Shown: positions 10,462 through 23,200 of the stretch, piece after piece
Layout of the letters: each line of letters begins with the position of its first letter
Position numbering within the stretch: the first letter of the stretch is position 1
Assembly: GCF_032191835.1 (NCBI RefSeq)
Contig: NC_083237.1
Span: 39,990,001-40,054,000 of the forward strand
Length of the DNA: 64,000 bases
Source of the DNA: Heteronotia binoei
Taxonomy: Eukaryota
Direction: 5' to 3'
Position numbers and translations under genes: made by a program
Notes under the pieces: model-generated
Databases searched by the model: none
The model's input: the letters and a program-made list of their open reading frames with translations, nothing else
What the model was told of the DNA's origin: nothing

Positions 10462-13020
10462 TAGCTGAACATGATACAGAGCAGCCCATTGGCAATGCTC
10501 TGTCCATGTAAAATTGGCCCTCAAAAGAAAAACCCAAAAGTTCAAAATCCACAGGATGCACTGGCAGAAGGCGAAATGCAGATTTAATATTGCACTTAAC
10601 CAACTCAGCACCCTCTCCGCAGCGTCTCACCACGGCTACGGCCTGGTCAAAACTAGTATACCTAATCGAGCATAAATGCTCAGAAATCCCATCATTAACG
10701 GACTTCCCTTTGGTGAAGGAAAGATGGTGAATCAAACACAATTCCCCAGGTGCCTTTTTAGGCACCACGCCCAAGGGGGAAACCCTAAGGTTATGCACAG
10801 GGGGATGGGGGAAAGGGCCCAAAATCCTGTCCTCAGCAAACTCCTTGGCAATCTTATATCCAACAACCTGCTCTGAACCCTTAACAGAACTAAGATTCCC
10901 AGACATAAAAGGGGCCCACGGCCCCTGAAAATGGATCCTAAAACCAAATAAAAAACCTTTTAGCAAGTAAACGCTGTCAGCCCTTTGTGGGTACCTAGAC
11001 AGCCAATACGCAAGCGGACCCACCTTTATCAGACTGGGCCCCTTTTCCAGCCTGATAGGTTCCTTCCCCCTTTCCTGGCTTCTTTTGATTTTTGCATCCC
11101 CGGGCTTTAGGGCAGTTATTGAAAGAGTGAGGCCCACCACACATGGGGCGTTCATGCTTTAACTGGCAAGCCTTTCTGCTACATACTCCCTGAGAACCAA
11201 ACTCCCAACAAATCAGGCGGGGTTGAACCGCCTGTCCCACAGAACTGTGGAAAGAGGCAGATGACGATGAGGAGTTCACACCTGACCTGGTCACCAAATG
11301 ACTGCTATCAGAGCAGTCACCTAAATTTGGCCGAGCCGGGGACATGACCTGCAGCCACAGCTGCTGATGAATGTGTTCCCATTGAAGGGGAGGATACAAG
11401 GCCACTCTCATCCTAAACTCCTCATCATTCTGCATCCAGGCAGGCCCGCTAAATGCCTTGTACCCTTTGTAAATTATGTCCATGTATGGGATAAGGGCAG
11501 CAGCCCTCCAAGGCTGAGCCTGAGCAATCACCCCAGAGTAGATAAAAAACCCAGGCAGCCAATTAGCCCAAGTCCACTCCACTTTGCGCTTCTTTCACTT
11601 TTCTTTTTCATCTAACTCCTCTTTGTCTTTTTTCTCCAACTCCTGAAAAAGGAGGGAGAAAATATCCATGTACTCACCCTTTAAGACTTTTTTCCCTAGC
11701 TGCAGGTAACAAATGGTCCCCCAAAGGCAACACTACATCCCCAAAGGGTAATGCAGTAAAAGGAACCATCCCATAAGGAAAAGGGGCACCCCAATTCCCC
11801 ATAAAAGAGCCTGCAACACCCTGCTGCCCAGCACCCAGCCAAGCTCCACTAGGGCCGCATTGACCAGTCAGCCAAGCCCAATTAGATAACGAGCCCGTAC
11901 CTAAAGGGGAAGCAAACCCTGTACTCACAGCAGGGATGCCCTGCCCGGCAGGCGCAGCAGAACCCCGAGGCCCCCACGGCCAAGCCAGCCCAGCATTCAC
12001 CTGTAAAATGTCCCCAGCCTTACCCACATATCCAGCAGGCACCAGCGTTGACCCAACTCCAGTAGCTCCTGATGATTACCCCGATGCTGTATCTGGACCT
12101 CCGAGACCCATGTCACTGCCCGCGATGCAAGCACCAGATCTGCCCTCAAGGATAGGCAACTTGGTTAACACATTCGCTTGGAGCCCCCTTTTAGAAGCCT
12201 TTACCCTCCCCCCCCCCTCAGAAGGAGAAATACCAGATACCCGCCTCTGCATAATGTTAACACTAACTGCCTCATCACCTTCATCATCAAATGATGACAA
12301 CGGGGGTGGAGGCCTCTTCGCAGGTGCCTTAGGGGCCTTTGGTGCCGGCTTTTTTCCTTTTGAGCTACCAGACCCTTTTCCACCTGACATCCTTATAAGC
12401 TAAAGACGACCCTCAAAATGGCCACCAAAAAAGAGCCTTCTAAAATGGCTGCCCACCCCTAAAGAAGAAAGGGATCTCAAAATGGCTGACAACCCACTCC
12501 AATAAGAGGGAAGCAAAATGGTTGACTCAGTCACCACTCTCCCCTAACTTCCACCGAGACACTGAGCCCAAAGCAAAAAACCCCTTCCCTGCCCAAGGAC
12601 GGAGAGGGTGAGCCACCCAGCCGAAGACAATAAATAATACTACCACCTTAATTGAAGTTCTCCAAAGGGAGAGGGCAAGCCACCCCATCAAAGTCAATAA
12701 AACAATACCGCCATCTTAAATGAAGTTCTCCAGAACAGTCACCGCAGACCCAACAACCATCGACGAGCCAAGGAGCCCCCAGCAACCACATGACAGGACC
12801 TTCAACTGCCAATGCGGCCCCCACCTTGCTGAAAGACATGCGGCTCGTGTCTCCCGTGGCCACGCCGACGCAGATGGAGAACGGGCCTCCTTCCTCACTT
12901 GAAACACACGCTCCCTGCCTGAGCCGAAAGCACGCTCCCTGCCCGAGCCAATCTTCCCGAGGACTGCAGCAGGGAGTGGAGGTCTGGCCATTACAATGGC
13001 CTGGCCCTGCCCCCTAAATT
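10462..13020 (-). mobile_element. Ngaro-type element, copy 2 (5' end, gag, RT N-half), interrupted by the L1
   Basis: gag ATG 12390 (MSGGKGSGSSKGKK), WPWG, VEWTWANWLPGF, CCCH/CCHC fingers, RT up to ALPMGCSVSCSA; begins with AAT at 13020-13018. Confidence 0.9.
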
Positions 13021-13339
13021 GTGCGCCCAAATGGGCTGTATCTCCTCCCCTTCCTCAGAGGGAGGCAAAGTCTGCTTCTGCAGCCTAGCAGCTTTGCTGC
13101 AGGCTGCAAGCATCTAATTCTGTCTACTCTGTCCCACCAGTTGTTACAATTTTTAGAGACTCTTCCCCATAGCCACAAGAAGCCACAAGGAGCTGTCTGT
13201 TTAAAAATAAAGGAGAGTCTGATTGAACTTACTTGGTGGAAGGAAGGGCTCTCATTTTCCCTCTGTGTTGTATTCCCAACCAGAACTGTCCTAGGGTGCT
13301 CTATTTGCATAGAATAATCTCCTGGGGATAAAACACACA

Positions 13340-13600
13340 GGCCAATTTCGCACTCACCTTACGCCGCTCTCACATCCGTCTTTTCAGTGCAGTGTCCTTC
13401 CAATTTCCCCTATTTGTGTCGGGGCTGCAGTAAACATCGCAGTTTTCATGCAGCAGATGGAAACTGGTTTTTAGCAGTTTCCATTTGCTGCACGAAACCC
13501 AGATGTTTGCTGCAGCTCCAGAACAAATAGTGGGAAATCGGGAGGACGCAGCATTGAGAAGATGGACGTGAGAGCAGTGTAAGGGTGAGTGCTAAATCAG
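13340..13600. mobile_element. Palindromic MITE (Harbinger-like termini)
   Basis: ttcgcactcaccttacgccgctctcacatccgtctt is inverted as aagatggacgtgagagcagtgtaagggtgagtgctaa; the interior is also inverted. Confidence 0.6.
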
Positions 13601-14313
13601 TCACTTTTTAAATAGAAAACTAGTTATTAATTCTCAAAGTAATACATGAACATAGAAACAAATTCTTATTTAATGGCAGAGGAAGATAATTTTCCCTGTT
13701 TTTTCTGTTTGTTAAAAGTATTTATAGGTTTGCAAGCTTTTTTGCTGATCACATAAGCAAAATGTTTGCAATAAAGTCAAGCTGAGGTTTCCCCCCTTTT
13801 TGAGTAGATAGTACTTTATTTGCTATCCCAGTTAACATTCTATGCATCTTATTGGTCTTGTGTTTGCTGTTTCCAAACCAGTAATAAATACTTCTCTAAA
13901 TATTAAAAAAAGATTGAGTCTAAAATACAACATATTCCTACTACTATCATCATGTTGAAAGATTCGGGAAGAAACTTTTGTTGTTGTTGTTCCTACTCCA
14001 TTCCATTATACTTCTCACACTAAAACTAAAAACTCAAGTATATAAATGAAATATAAACTATTGTAAGAGCCTATAAGAAATTGTTCCACCCTATAGATTT
14101 TATTCTGACACAAAAAAGTAGAATATCATAGTTATCACATGAATTAAAAACAAGTTAAAACAAGAATGATAAGAACCAGTGTAGGACAGTAACTTGGTAA
14201 TGTTGCTATGATGTACTTTTCTGAGTGGTGTCAATTATATTAGCCACTGGCCACAAGGCCATTGCTACTGATAGGGGAGGACAAAAGATGAATTACTCTC
14301 CATCTCCAATAAT

Positions 14314-15261
14314 TCACTTGGAAATCCCAAACTTGTTCACAGCTCTCATTAAAGCTTTTTTTACTTCTTTGTTTCTTAAACTATAAACAAGGGGATTAAT
14401 TAGAGGGGTTAAGACTGTGTAGAAGACAGAGAAGATCTTGTCCACTTCTCTCAGAGCTTCCTTTTGTGGTAGCACATATACAAATAACAATGAACCATAA
14501 AATACAGAAACTACTATGAGGTGGGAAGAGCAGGTGGAAAAGGCCTTTTTTCTCCCATCTGAAGTTGGGATTTTTATGATGGCAGCAATTATACAAATGT
14601 AAGACAGCAGGGTCAAAAGAAAAGAAGGAACAATATCTATGAAAGATACTGTGAGGCTCACCAGCGTCACCAGAGTTTGGTCACTGCATGATAGATTAAT
14701 CACCGGTATCAAGTCACAAAAAAAATGATCAATTTCATGGGGGCCACAGTATTTTAGCTGTGACATCAAACTCAATAGTAAAGTCATGACCGTTATCCCA
14801 CCAAGCCAAGATACAGCTGACAAGAGAAAGCAGAGACTTCTGCTCATAAGAGTTGCATATTGGAGGGGCTTGCATATTGCCAAATAACGATCATAGGACA
14901 TTGATGCCAGTAGGTAGCATTCAGCAATGGCAGATATACCAAAACAGTAAAGTTGAATATAGCAGCCCTCAACAGAAATGGTTCTGTCCCCTGTCAGGAA
15001 ACTGGCCAACATCCTGGGGAGAAGGGTTGAAGTGTAGAAAGTCTCCAAACAGGACAAGTTTCCAAGGAAGAAGTACATGGGGATGTGAAGCTGATGATCT
15101 CTAATCACTAACACAATGATGATGATGTTTCCAGCCATCGTCACACTGTAGGTTATTAGGAAAACCAGGAAGAGAGGAATCTGAAGTTCAGGATCATTCC
15201 CAAATCCCAGAAGAATAAATGTAGTTATTGCTGTCTTGTTATCTGTCTCCATATGCTCCAT
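14314..15261 (-). CDS. Olfactory receptor, class II, OR11A1-like (OR1 of the array), 315 aa
   Basis: LHIPMYFFLGNLS, MSYDRYLAICKPLQY, HFFCD, KAFSTCSSHL, PLINPLVYSLRN; N-glycan site NKT; splice acceptor at 15274-15273. Confidence 0.96.
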   Translation of the reverse strand: MEHMETDNKTAITTFILLGFGNDPELQIPLFLVFLITYSVTMAGNIIIIVLVIRDHQLHIPMYFFLGNLSCLETFYTSTLLPRMLASFLTGDRTISVEGCYIQLYCFGISAIAECYLLASMSYDRYLAICKPLQYATLMSRSLCFLLSAVSWLGGITVMTLLLSLMSQLKYCGPHEIDHFFCDLIPVINLSCSDQTLVTLVSLTVSFIDIVPSFLLTLLSYICIIAAIIKIPTSDGRKKAFSTCSSHLIVVSVFYGSLLFVYVLPQKEALREVDKIFSVFYTVLTPLINPLVYSLRNKEVKKALMRAVNKFGISK

Positions 15262-16561
15262 ATTTTGAATCACTGAGAATGAAATTAGAAAATCATAAGG
15301 CCTCCAAGACCCAAAGCCTAGACATTATTTTACCCTTTCTCGCACAGCTAATGCTGGGAAGTGAAAACCACCCCAAAAGACCTCTTCTGATATAAAGTTA
15401 ATTATGTAGGTATTACCTCAAGTAATAGAGCATCTCATTGTTACTTGATGACAATCTGATGATGTTGTCTCCCTGATGACGACATCAACTTAGGATATTG
15501 TAATTCATTGTTAATGCTGGACTGTAAAATAGCTAACAGGCACCACTCTGTCATTCGTTCATTTATTTTATTTCATTTATACTGTGCTTTCCCCACCCAC
15601 CCCCGATGGGGACTGAGAATGTCTTACATAATTTTCTTATCCTCCATTTTATCCCAACAATGGACCTAAAATGTAATCTCCCCTCAAAGTATGCTGTAAT
15701 GTCCTCTTCAAAATAAACCTGTTCTTCTGTCTTGTATGAGTAGGTGCTAGACAAGAACTGGTTCCAAAAACAAAACAAACAACTATGCAACCATAATAAT
15801 AGAAATTCCCCACTCCAGTTTCATAAATGTGTTAAATTAATATTATTAATCAGGATCTACTTTTGTGTGAATCTGGGTTGAATTTTAAAGTTGGCCATAT
15901 TCACACAGACATAGATCTTCTTGACTACAATCAGCTTGTATTGTCATATTGATTTCTATTTTGCAAATGAGGCTTTGTCTTAGAGGAAGCCCCCATCCTC
16001 CTTGTATAGAACAATTCATTTGATGGAATATTTTGGACAGCATCTGCCCATAAATGAAGCTATTTTCCCAGAAGCAGAGTCTGAGAATTGTGCTATCTTT
16101 AAATACGACCTATGCAGTGTCATTGGAATGAGACACACACACACACACACACACTTCTATATATACTTATATCTTTAACAATCACCTGGCATCAATGAAG
16201 AATGGTTGAGAAGTAGGTCCTTATAGCTGTTGCACATTTGTCTAGCTATCATAAGAAATGACTAAATTTCCTGAAGGAAACAATAATCTACCTTCATCTG
16301 TACAGTACACAAAAGAGGCTTTATACAAGGGAACGGCAGACTGTCTACAAAGAGCAACCTCTTGGTACTTTAAAGAAATACTTTCAGAACAATTAGCAAA
16401 TCCCCCTTGTAAAACATATGATGCAGTACTTATTAAAGCGTCAAAATACTCCAGTCCTTTATTTTGTACCCTTGTTTCAAAATATATATGACATCTCTCC
16501 AGAGACCTCCTTAAGTGAGTTCTTGTAAGTGAAGTGTCTTAATCACAGGGAGATTCTTATT

Positions 16562-16587
16562 TCCCCAGTGATAATGAACAAATAGTC
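16562..16587. promoter_or_regulatory. Candidate OR promoter composite: O/E (EBF)-like site abutting a homeodomain site
   Basis: TCCCCAGTGA-TAATGA-ACAAATAGTC, identical at 62801-62826; TATA-like tract about 75 nt toward the gene. Confidence 0.45.
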
Positions 16588-17657
16588 TTAGCCCTGCTGG
16601 TGAACCTCCTGACGGCACCTGGGTTTTAGCCACTGTGTGACACAGGGTGTTCGACTGTTGACCTGCATCATTAAATATAAATGGAAAATATCAATTGCAT
16701 ATATGTATGCCACCCAAAATAATTAAAATCCAAAATAAAATTAATATTACAGAGATTTTTAGAGGTATAAATCCAAAACCATTTAGAGGCATGGTTCAGG
16801 ACCTTCATGTCTGTTACACAGTTTCACTCACTGGGTCATAGCTCTCTATACTGCTGCCATTTTTATGTATTTTGGCTTTCTCTGCTGCTATGTGTATGTG
16901 TAGAGAACAAGAGACCTGTGATTCCTGCCTTTTTTGTTTATACACCGGAGAGGACAGTGAGTCAAAGACACTCAGTGGTGGAGAGGATTCCTCCATGCTG
17001 CAGACTTATGCTTCTTCCCCCTACAGAAAGCCTCCTCATGTCCAGCTTGCTTCCTGTCCCATGTCTCATGATTCTAGCATGGAATCTGTCTTGCCCTCTT
17101 CCTGACCCCTGACTTATTGTCGTGTGCTGTTCATGTACCTTTTAGTTCACTTAAGGCTGCCTTATAAAGAGTGAGACCATTGGTCAATGAAGTTCCATAT
17201 CTAAATAAAACTGTGAGGGGAAATGGCTCTCCATCGTCTCAGGCATAGATCTTTCACATCATCTACTACCTGAGTCTGTTAACTGGGGATGGTGGGAACT
17301 GAATTATTTTCTGTCCTAGGGAAGGATTATCCAACCTCCTGGATCCACATTCCTCCCTACTCTAAGATTACATTAAGTGTGTGTGTGTTTAAAGGAAACA
17401 AACAAAAAGAACCCTTCTGTCTATAAGATGAGTTTTGTTTTGTTTACCTAATTTGAGTTTTGTTTACCTAATTTGTTTGATATCATCCTTTCTAGACACT
17501 GAGTGCAATTATAGCAGCAGAATAGTTTCCCCTCCTGTTCTATTTTGCCATACCCAGAAGGGCAACACTCAGAGTGTAGAGAATAAGGCAGTGTTTGAAC
17601 AGAAAAAGAAGAATAAAATGTGGTATCAGCTTCATGGCCCTACAGATCAGAGCTTGC

Positions 17658-17855
17658 CAGGGCTTTTCTGGTAGAAAAAGCCCAGCAGGAACTAGTTTGC
17701 ATATTAGGCCACACCCCCTGATGTCACCATTGCTTCACATAGGACATTTTGTAGGAAAAGTCCAGCAGGAATTAATTTGCATATTAGGCCACACCCCCTG
17801 ACACCAAGCCATCTGGAACTGTGTTCTTGTGCATTCCTGATCAAAAAAAGGCCTG
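17658..17855. mobile_element. hAT-type MITE
   Basis: TIR cagggctttt/aaaaggcctg; 8-bp TSD gagcttgc/gagtttgc. Confidence 0.75.
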
Positions 17856-17869
17856 GAGTTTGCTACTAT

Positions 17870-18380
17870 AAGTGAAAGGTTAAAGGAGTTAGGGATCTTT
17901 AGCTTGCAGAAATGATAACTGAGAGGTGACAGGACAGAGGTTTACAAAATTATGCACAGGATAGAGAAGGCAGAGAAAGAAGTATTTTTCTCCCTTCCAC
18001 AGAATATAAAAACTTGTGGGCACTTAATGAAATTAATGATCAGTAGGCTTAGAAAAAATAAAAGGATGCACTTCACCCATAGAGACATTAACATGGAAAT
18101 TCACTGCCATAGGAAGTGGTGGCAGCTGCAAGTATACACAGCTTCAAGCGGAATTGACTGAAAATATGGAGAAATTCTTCATCAGTGGCTATTAGACATT
18201 TGGGACAGTGATGCTCTGTATTCTATGTTCTTGGGAGGAACCGTGGGAGGGCTTCTAGAGTTCTGGCCCTTCTGGTAGACATTCTGATTACGCTTAGGTT
18301 TGGCCACTGTGTGATACAGAGTGTTGTACTGGATGGGCCATTGGCCCGATCCAATATGGCTTCTCTTATATTCTTATGTT
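17870..18380 (+). mobile_element. CR1 LINE 3' fragment
   Basis: Matches the ORF2 end and 3' UTR of the CR1 at 55700-56212. Confidence 0.8.
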
Positions 18381-18960
18381 TCAGGATATCCTGCAAAATG
18401 TCAGTATCTAAAATTCACAGATGATCTGACTACTCCCACATATCCATTCTATTCTTATAGAAGATTGCTGTGGAGGTTGGGATGGATACACTTCAGTTGT
18501 TTGGATACACTTCATTTCATTTTTTTAAACCAGATGATGGAACTGACTGATGACTGATGATCTTCACTAGAAAAGGTCAAAGGAGTACATCTTGTTGACA
18601 CTTCATTCTTCTTCACAGTTTCCAGTACAGTACTATTATTATTTTTTTTAAGTGCAGCTAGATGTAGTAGGATACCGTGTTCTGGTTTTTCTATTCTAAT
18701 TTGGTTAGTCAGAAAATGGTGCTGTTGGAAGACCTGTTTGGATCCCCAGAATTTTAATACCCATAGCTATATGATTCTGTCTTTTTCCTCAAGGTTTTTT
18801 GACATCTCGGACTAGGAAAAAATCCAGAGATTTTAAATATGTCATCAGTATGTTGCTTTCATTTAATTATGCATAAATGCAACTGTTTTTGAATTTTTTA
18901 GATGCTTTGGGCTTCTGGCTATTTGGGACATTCTGACATTTACAGTGTGGTGTTGTTTAG

Positions 18961-19285
18961 AGCCAGTTTGGTGTTGTTTAGAGCCAGTTTGGTGTAGTGG
19001 AGAGCCAGTTTGGTATAGTGTTTAAGTGTGCGGACTCTTATCTGGGAGAACCAGGTTTGATTCCCCACTCCTCCACTTACAGCTGCTGGAATGGCCTTGG
19101 GTCAACCATGGCTCTCGCAGGAGTTGTCCTTGAAAGGGCAGCTGCTGTGAGAGCCCTCTCCAGCCCCACCCACCTCACAGGGTGTCTGTTGTGGCGGAGG
19201 AAGGTAAAGGAGATTGCGAGCCGCTCTGAGACTCTTCGGAGTGGAGGGCGGGATATAAATCCAATATCTTCTTCAATATCTTCTT
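18961..19285 (+). mobile_element. tRNA-derived CORE (MIR/Ther1-like, Squam3-like) SINE with a reiterated 5' head
   Basis: A box, B box ggtttgattcc, core cacctcacagggtgtctgttgtgg, L2-like tail, (tct)n end. Confidence 0.8.
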
Positions 19286-19806
19286 TAATTGTCAGGGAGA
19301 TGCAGGTTTGAAGCTCTGCTATGCCACTGGAGTTCACAATGTGACATTTGGCCAGGTGTGATGTTTTTAGCCTAACTACCACATAGGGTTGTTACTTTGA
19401 ATATAAATATGGAGGGAAAACACAAGTCACTTCCTACTCAATTAGGCAGAAGATGTTTTCATCAAGTGCAGAGCTATTTCTGCCTGCTTTATCCCCCTAT
19501 CTAACCAGACATTGCAATGATCTATAGAGTCTTCCCCCATAGCCACAAGCAGCTGTAGGAATTGTCTGTTAAAAAATAAAGGAGAGCTTGATTGAGCAGA
19601 AGAACTTTGACTTAGTGGGAGGAAGGGCTTTTGCCTTCTCTCCACACTGTCTTCTCAACCCTAACCCAACCAGAAACTTTCCAAGGGTGAGAATGATTTC
19701 CCCTGTTTTGGCTGCTCTGTGTGCACATAATAATTTATTGGGGATAAGAATATAAGAGAAGCCATGTTGGATCAGCCCTATGGCCCATTCAGTCCAACAC
19801 TCTGTG

Positions 19807-19956
19807 NNNNNNNNNNNNNNNNNNNNNNNNNNNNNNNNNNNNNNNNNNNNNNNNNNNNNNNNNNNNNNNNNNNNNNNNNNNNNNNNNNNNNNNNNNNNNN
19901 NNNNNNNNNNNNNNNNNNNNNNNNNNNNNNNNNNNNNNNNNNNNNNNNNNNNNNNN
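19807..19956. other. Assembly gap (150 N) inside a CR1 3' tail
   Basis: Run of N. Confidence 1.
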
Positions 19957-20296
19957 ATCCAATCTCCTCTTAAAGCTGGCTATGCTTGTAGCCGCCACCA
20001 CCTCCTGTGGCAGTGGATTCCATATGTTAATCACCCTTTGGGTGAAGAAGTACTTCCTATCATCCATTTTTGCTCAGCAATTTCATTGAATGCCCATAAG
20101 TTCTTGTATTGTGAGAAAGAGAGAAAGGTACATAATCTTGTAAACCTCTATCATATCACCCCGCAGTCGATGTTTCTCCAAGCTAAAGAGCCCCAAGCGT
20201 TTTAACCTTTCTTCATAGGAAAAGTGTTTCAAACCTTTTATCATTCTAGGTGCCCTATTCTGGACTTTTTCCAATGTTATAATATCCTTTTTGAGG

Positions 20297-23200
20297 TCTC
20301 TCGGCTTGACTTCGCGAACGAAGATTTAAGAAGGGTGCAGTAGTCCACGTCTGCTGCAGGCTCACTGGTGGCTGACAAGACCATTGCGGGACAGGCAGAT
20401 CCGGCCACAGTGGCTGCGGGGAAAAGTCTGATTTGGGGTTGGTAATGTAGCAGTGTGATTCTTCCTCAATCTCCTTTTGTCCTCAAGACCAGCTATGCGT
20501 GTGTTCTCAAAGGAAGAGACAGCCTTGTGGATGGTGTGCCTCCTTGCTTTGCGATCTGAGGCTAGGTCAGACCACTGGTGATGGTTGATGCGACAGGTGC
20601 CAAGGGATTTCTTCAAGGAGTCCTTGTACCTCTTCTTTGGTGCCCCTCTATTTCGATGGCCGGTGGAAAGTTTGCCATACAGAGGAATCTTGGGAAGGCG
20701 GTGGTTTTCCATCCTAGAAATATGCCCTGCCCAGCGCAGCTGCGACTTCAACAGCAGTGCCTCGATGCTTGTAACCTCCGACCTCTTGAGGACTTCAGTG
20801 TTGGTCACAAAGTCACTCCAGTGGATGTTGAGGATGGTGCGAAGGCAGCGCTGATGAAAGCGCTCAAGGAGTCGCAGGTGATGACAGTATAAAACCCACG
20901 ATTCGGAGCCGTAGATGAGGGTTGTCATCACAACCGCTTTGTAAACATTGATCTTTGTGCCTTTTTTCAGATGCTTGTTGCTCCACACTCTTTTGTGCAG
21001 TCGACCAAATGCACGGTTTGCCTTTGCCAGCCTGTTGTCAATCTCCTTGTCGATCTTGGCATCTGAGGAGATGATGCAACCCAGGTAGCTGAACTGCTGG
21101 ACTGTCTTCAGAACTGACTCACCCACAGTGATGCAGGGAGGGTGATAATCTTCCTGGGGTGCAGGCTGGTGGAGAACTTCTGTCTTCTTCAGACTAACTT
21201 CTAGGCCGAATAGCTTGGCAGCCTCTGCAAAGCAGGACGTCATATGCTGCAGAGCTGATACCGAGTGGGAGACGAGTGCAGCATCATCAGCAAACAGTAG
21301 CTCTCGGATAAGTTTTTCCATTGTCTTGGAGTGAGCCTTTAGTCGCCTCAGGTTGAACAGGATGCCATCGGTGCAATAGCGGATCTAGACACCATCGTCA
21401 TCATCTAGATCTACTGCGGCTCTTTGAAGCATCATGCTAAAGAAGATCGTAAAGAGAGTTGGCGCAAGAACGCAGCCTTGCTTTACACCTGTGCCTATTG
21501 GGAAGGTCTCCGAGAGGTCGTTGCAGTGTCTGACTTGGCCTCTCTGGTCTTCATGTAGCTGGATGATCATGCTGAGGAACCTTGGGGGACATCCTAAACG
21601 TTCCAAGATTTGCCACAGGCCTTTCCTGTTAACGGTATCGAAAGCTTTGGTAAGGTCGACAAAAGTCACATATAGACCCTTGTTCTGTCCCCTGCATTTC
21701 TCTTGGAGCTGCCTGAGAACAAATACCATGTCGGTGGTGCTCCTGTTAGCTCTGAAGCCGCACTGGCTCTCTGGGAGGAGTTCTTCTGCAATGGTGGGCA
21801 CCAGTATGTTCAGGAGTATTCTGGCAAGGATTTTGCCTGCGATGGAGAGCAGCGTTATCCCCCGGTAGTTGGAGCAGTCTGACTTTTCCCCTTTGTTCTT
21901 GTGTAGAGTGATGTTGATTGCATCGCAAAAGTCCTGTGGTAGTTTGCCTTGTTCCCAGCAGGTGACAAGTACTTTGTGAAGTGCGCTATGTAGTACTGTG
22001 CCCCCATGCTTCCAGATCTCTGGTGGGATTCCATCAACTCCCGCTGCCTTGCCACTTTTCAGTTGCTTGATGGCTTTAACAGTCTCTTCTAGGGTGGGGA
22101 TCTCATTCAACTCTGTTTTCACTGGTTGAAGTGGGGTGAGGTGAATTCCTGAATCTTGAACTACGCGGTTGGCACTGAAGAGAACCTGAAAATACTCTGA
22201 CCACCGGTTCAGTATGGATGCCTTGTCTGTGAGGAGCACTTGGCCGTCTGCACTACGCAAGGGACTCTGAGCCTGATACGATGGGCCATATACTGCCTTC
22301 AGGGCTTCGTAGAACCCTCTTAAATCACCAGTGTCTGCACACAGTTGGGTTTTCTCTGCAAACTTGGTCCACCACTCATTCTGAATGTCTCGAAGCTTGC
22401 GCTGGAGGTTGCTACATGCAGCACGAAAGATTGCTTTTTTCCCGGGACAGGAGGGCTGAGCAAGATGTGCTTGGTAGGCAGATCTCTTTTTCGCTAGTAA
22501 TTCTTGGATCTCTTGATTGTTCTCGTCAAACCAGTCCTTGTTCTTCCTTGTGGAGAACCCGAGGACTTCTTCAGAGATCAACAGGACGGTAGTTTTTAGG
22601 TGTTCCCAGCGTGCTTCTGGAGAAGGGTCTGTGGGGCAACTGGAGTCCTCAATTCTTGACTGGAGTTTTGCCTGGAAGGCAGCTTTAACTTCGGCTGACT
22701 GAAGGCTGCCAACCTGAAGCTTTCTCCGAGGGATACCTCCTCTCCTGGGTGTGGGTTTAAAGCGAAGACGGAGATTGCAGCGTACAAGACGATGATCCGT
22801 ATGACATTCCGCACTGGGCATTACTCAGGTGCGTAAGACATCTCGAAGGTCTCTCTGGCGCACCAGAATGTAGTCGATAAGGTGCCAGTGCTTGGACCGT
22901 GGGTGCATCCAGGTTGTCTCCAGGCTGTTCTTCTGCTGAAAGATAGTGTTAGTGATGGTGAGCTGGTGCTCCGTGCAGAATTCTAGTAGGAGGCTCCCGT
23001 TATCATTGCAGTTGCCAATGCCGTGTTTGCCAAGTACTCCTTTCCAGGCTTCTGAGTCTTTACCTACTCTGGCATTGAAGTCGCCATGGATGATCACCTT
23101 GTCCTCTGTAGGGGTCTTCCGTACGAGGTTGCGTAGATCAGCATAGAACTTGTTCTTTTCTGCAGGATCTGCTTGAAGGGTTGGGGCCTACACACTGAAG

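Noticed and set aside
13319-13329. Canonical O/E site (reverse complement TCCCCAGGAG) as a regulatory element
   Set aside because: Not conserved in the homologous block near 19730, and its gene would lie outside the window.
19764-20205. ORFs containing X runs
   Set aside because: Artefacts of the 150-N gap.
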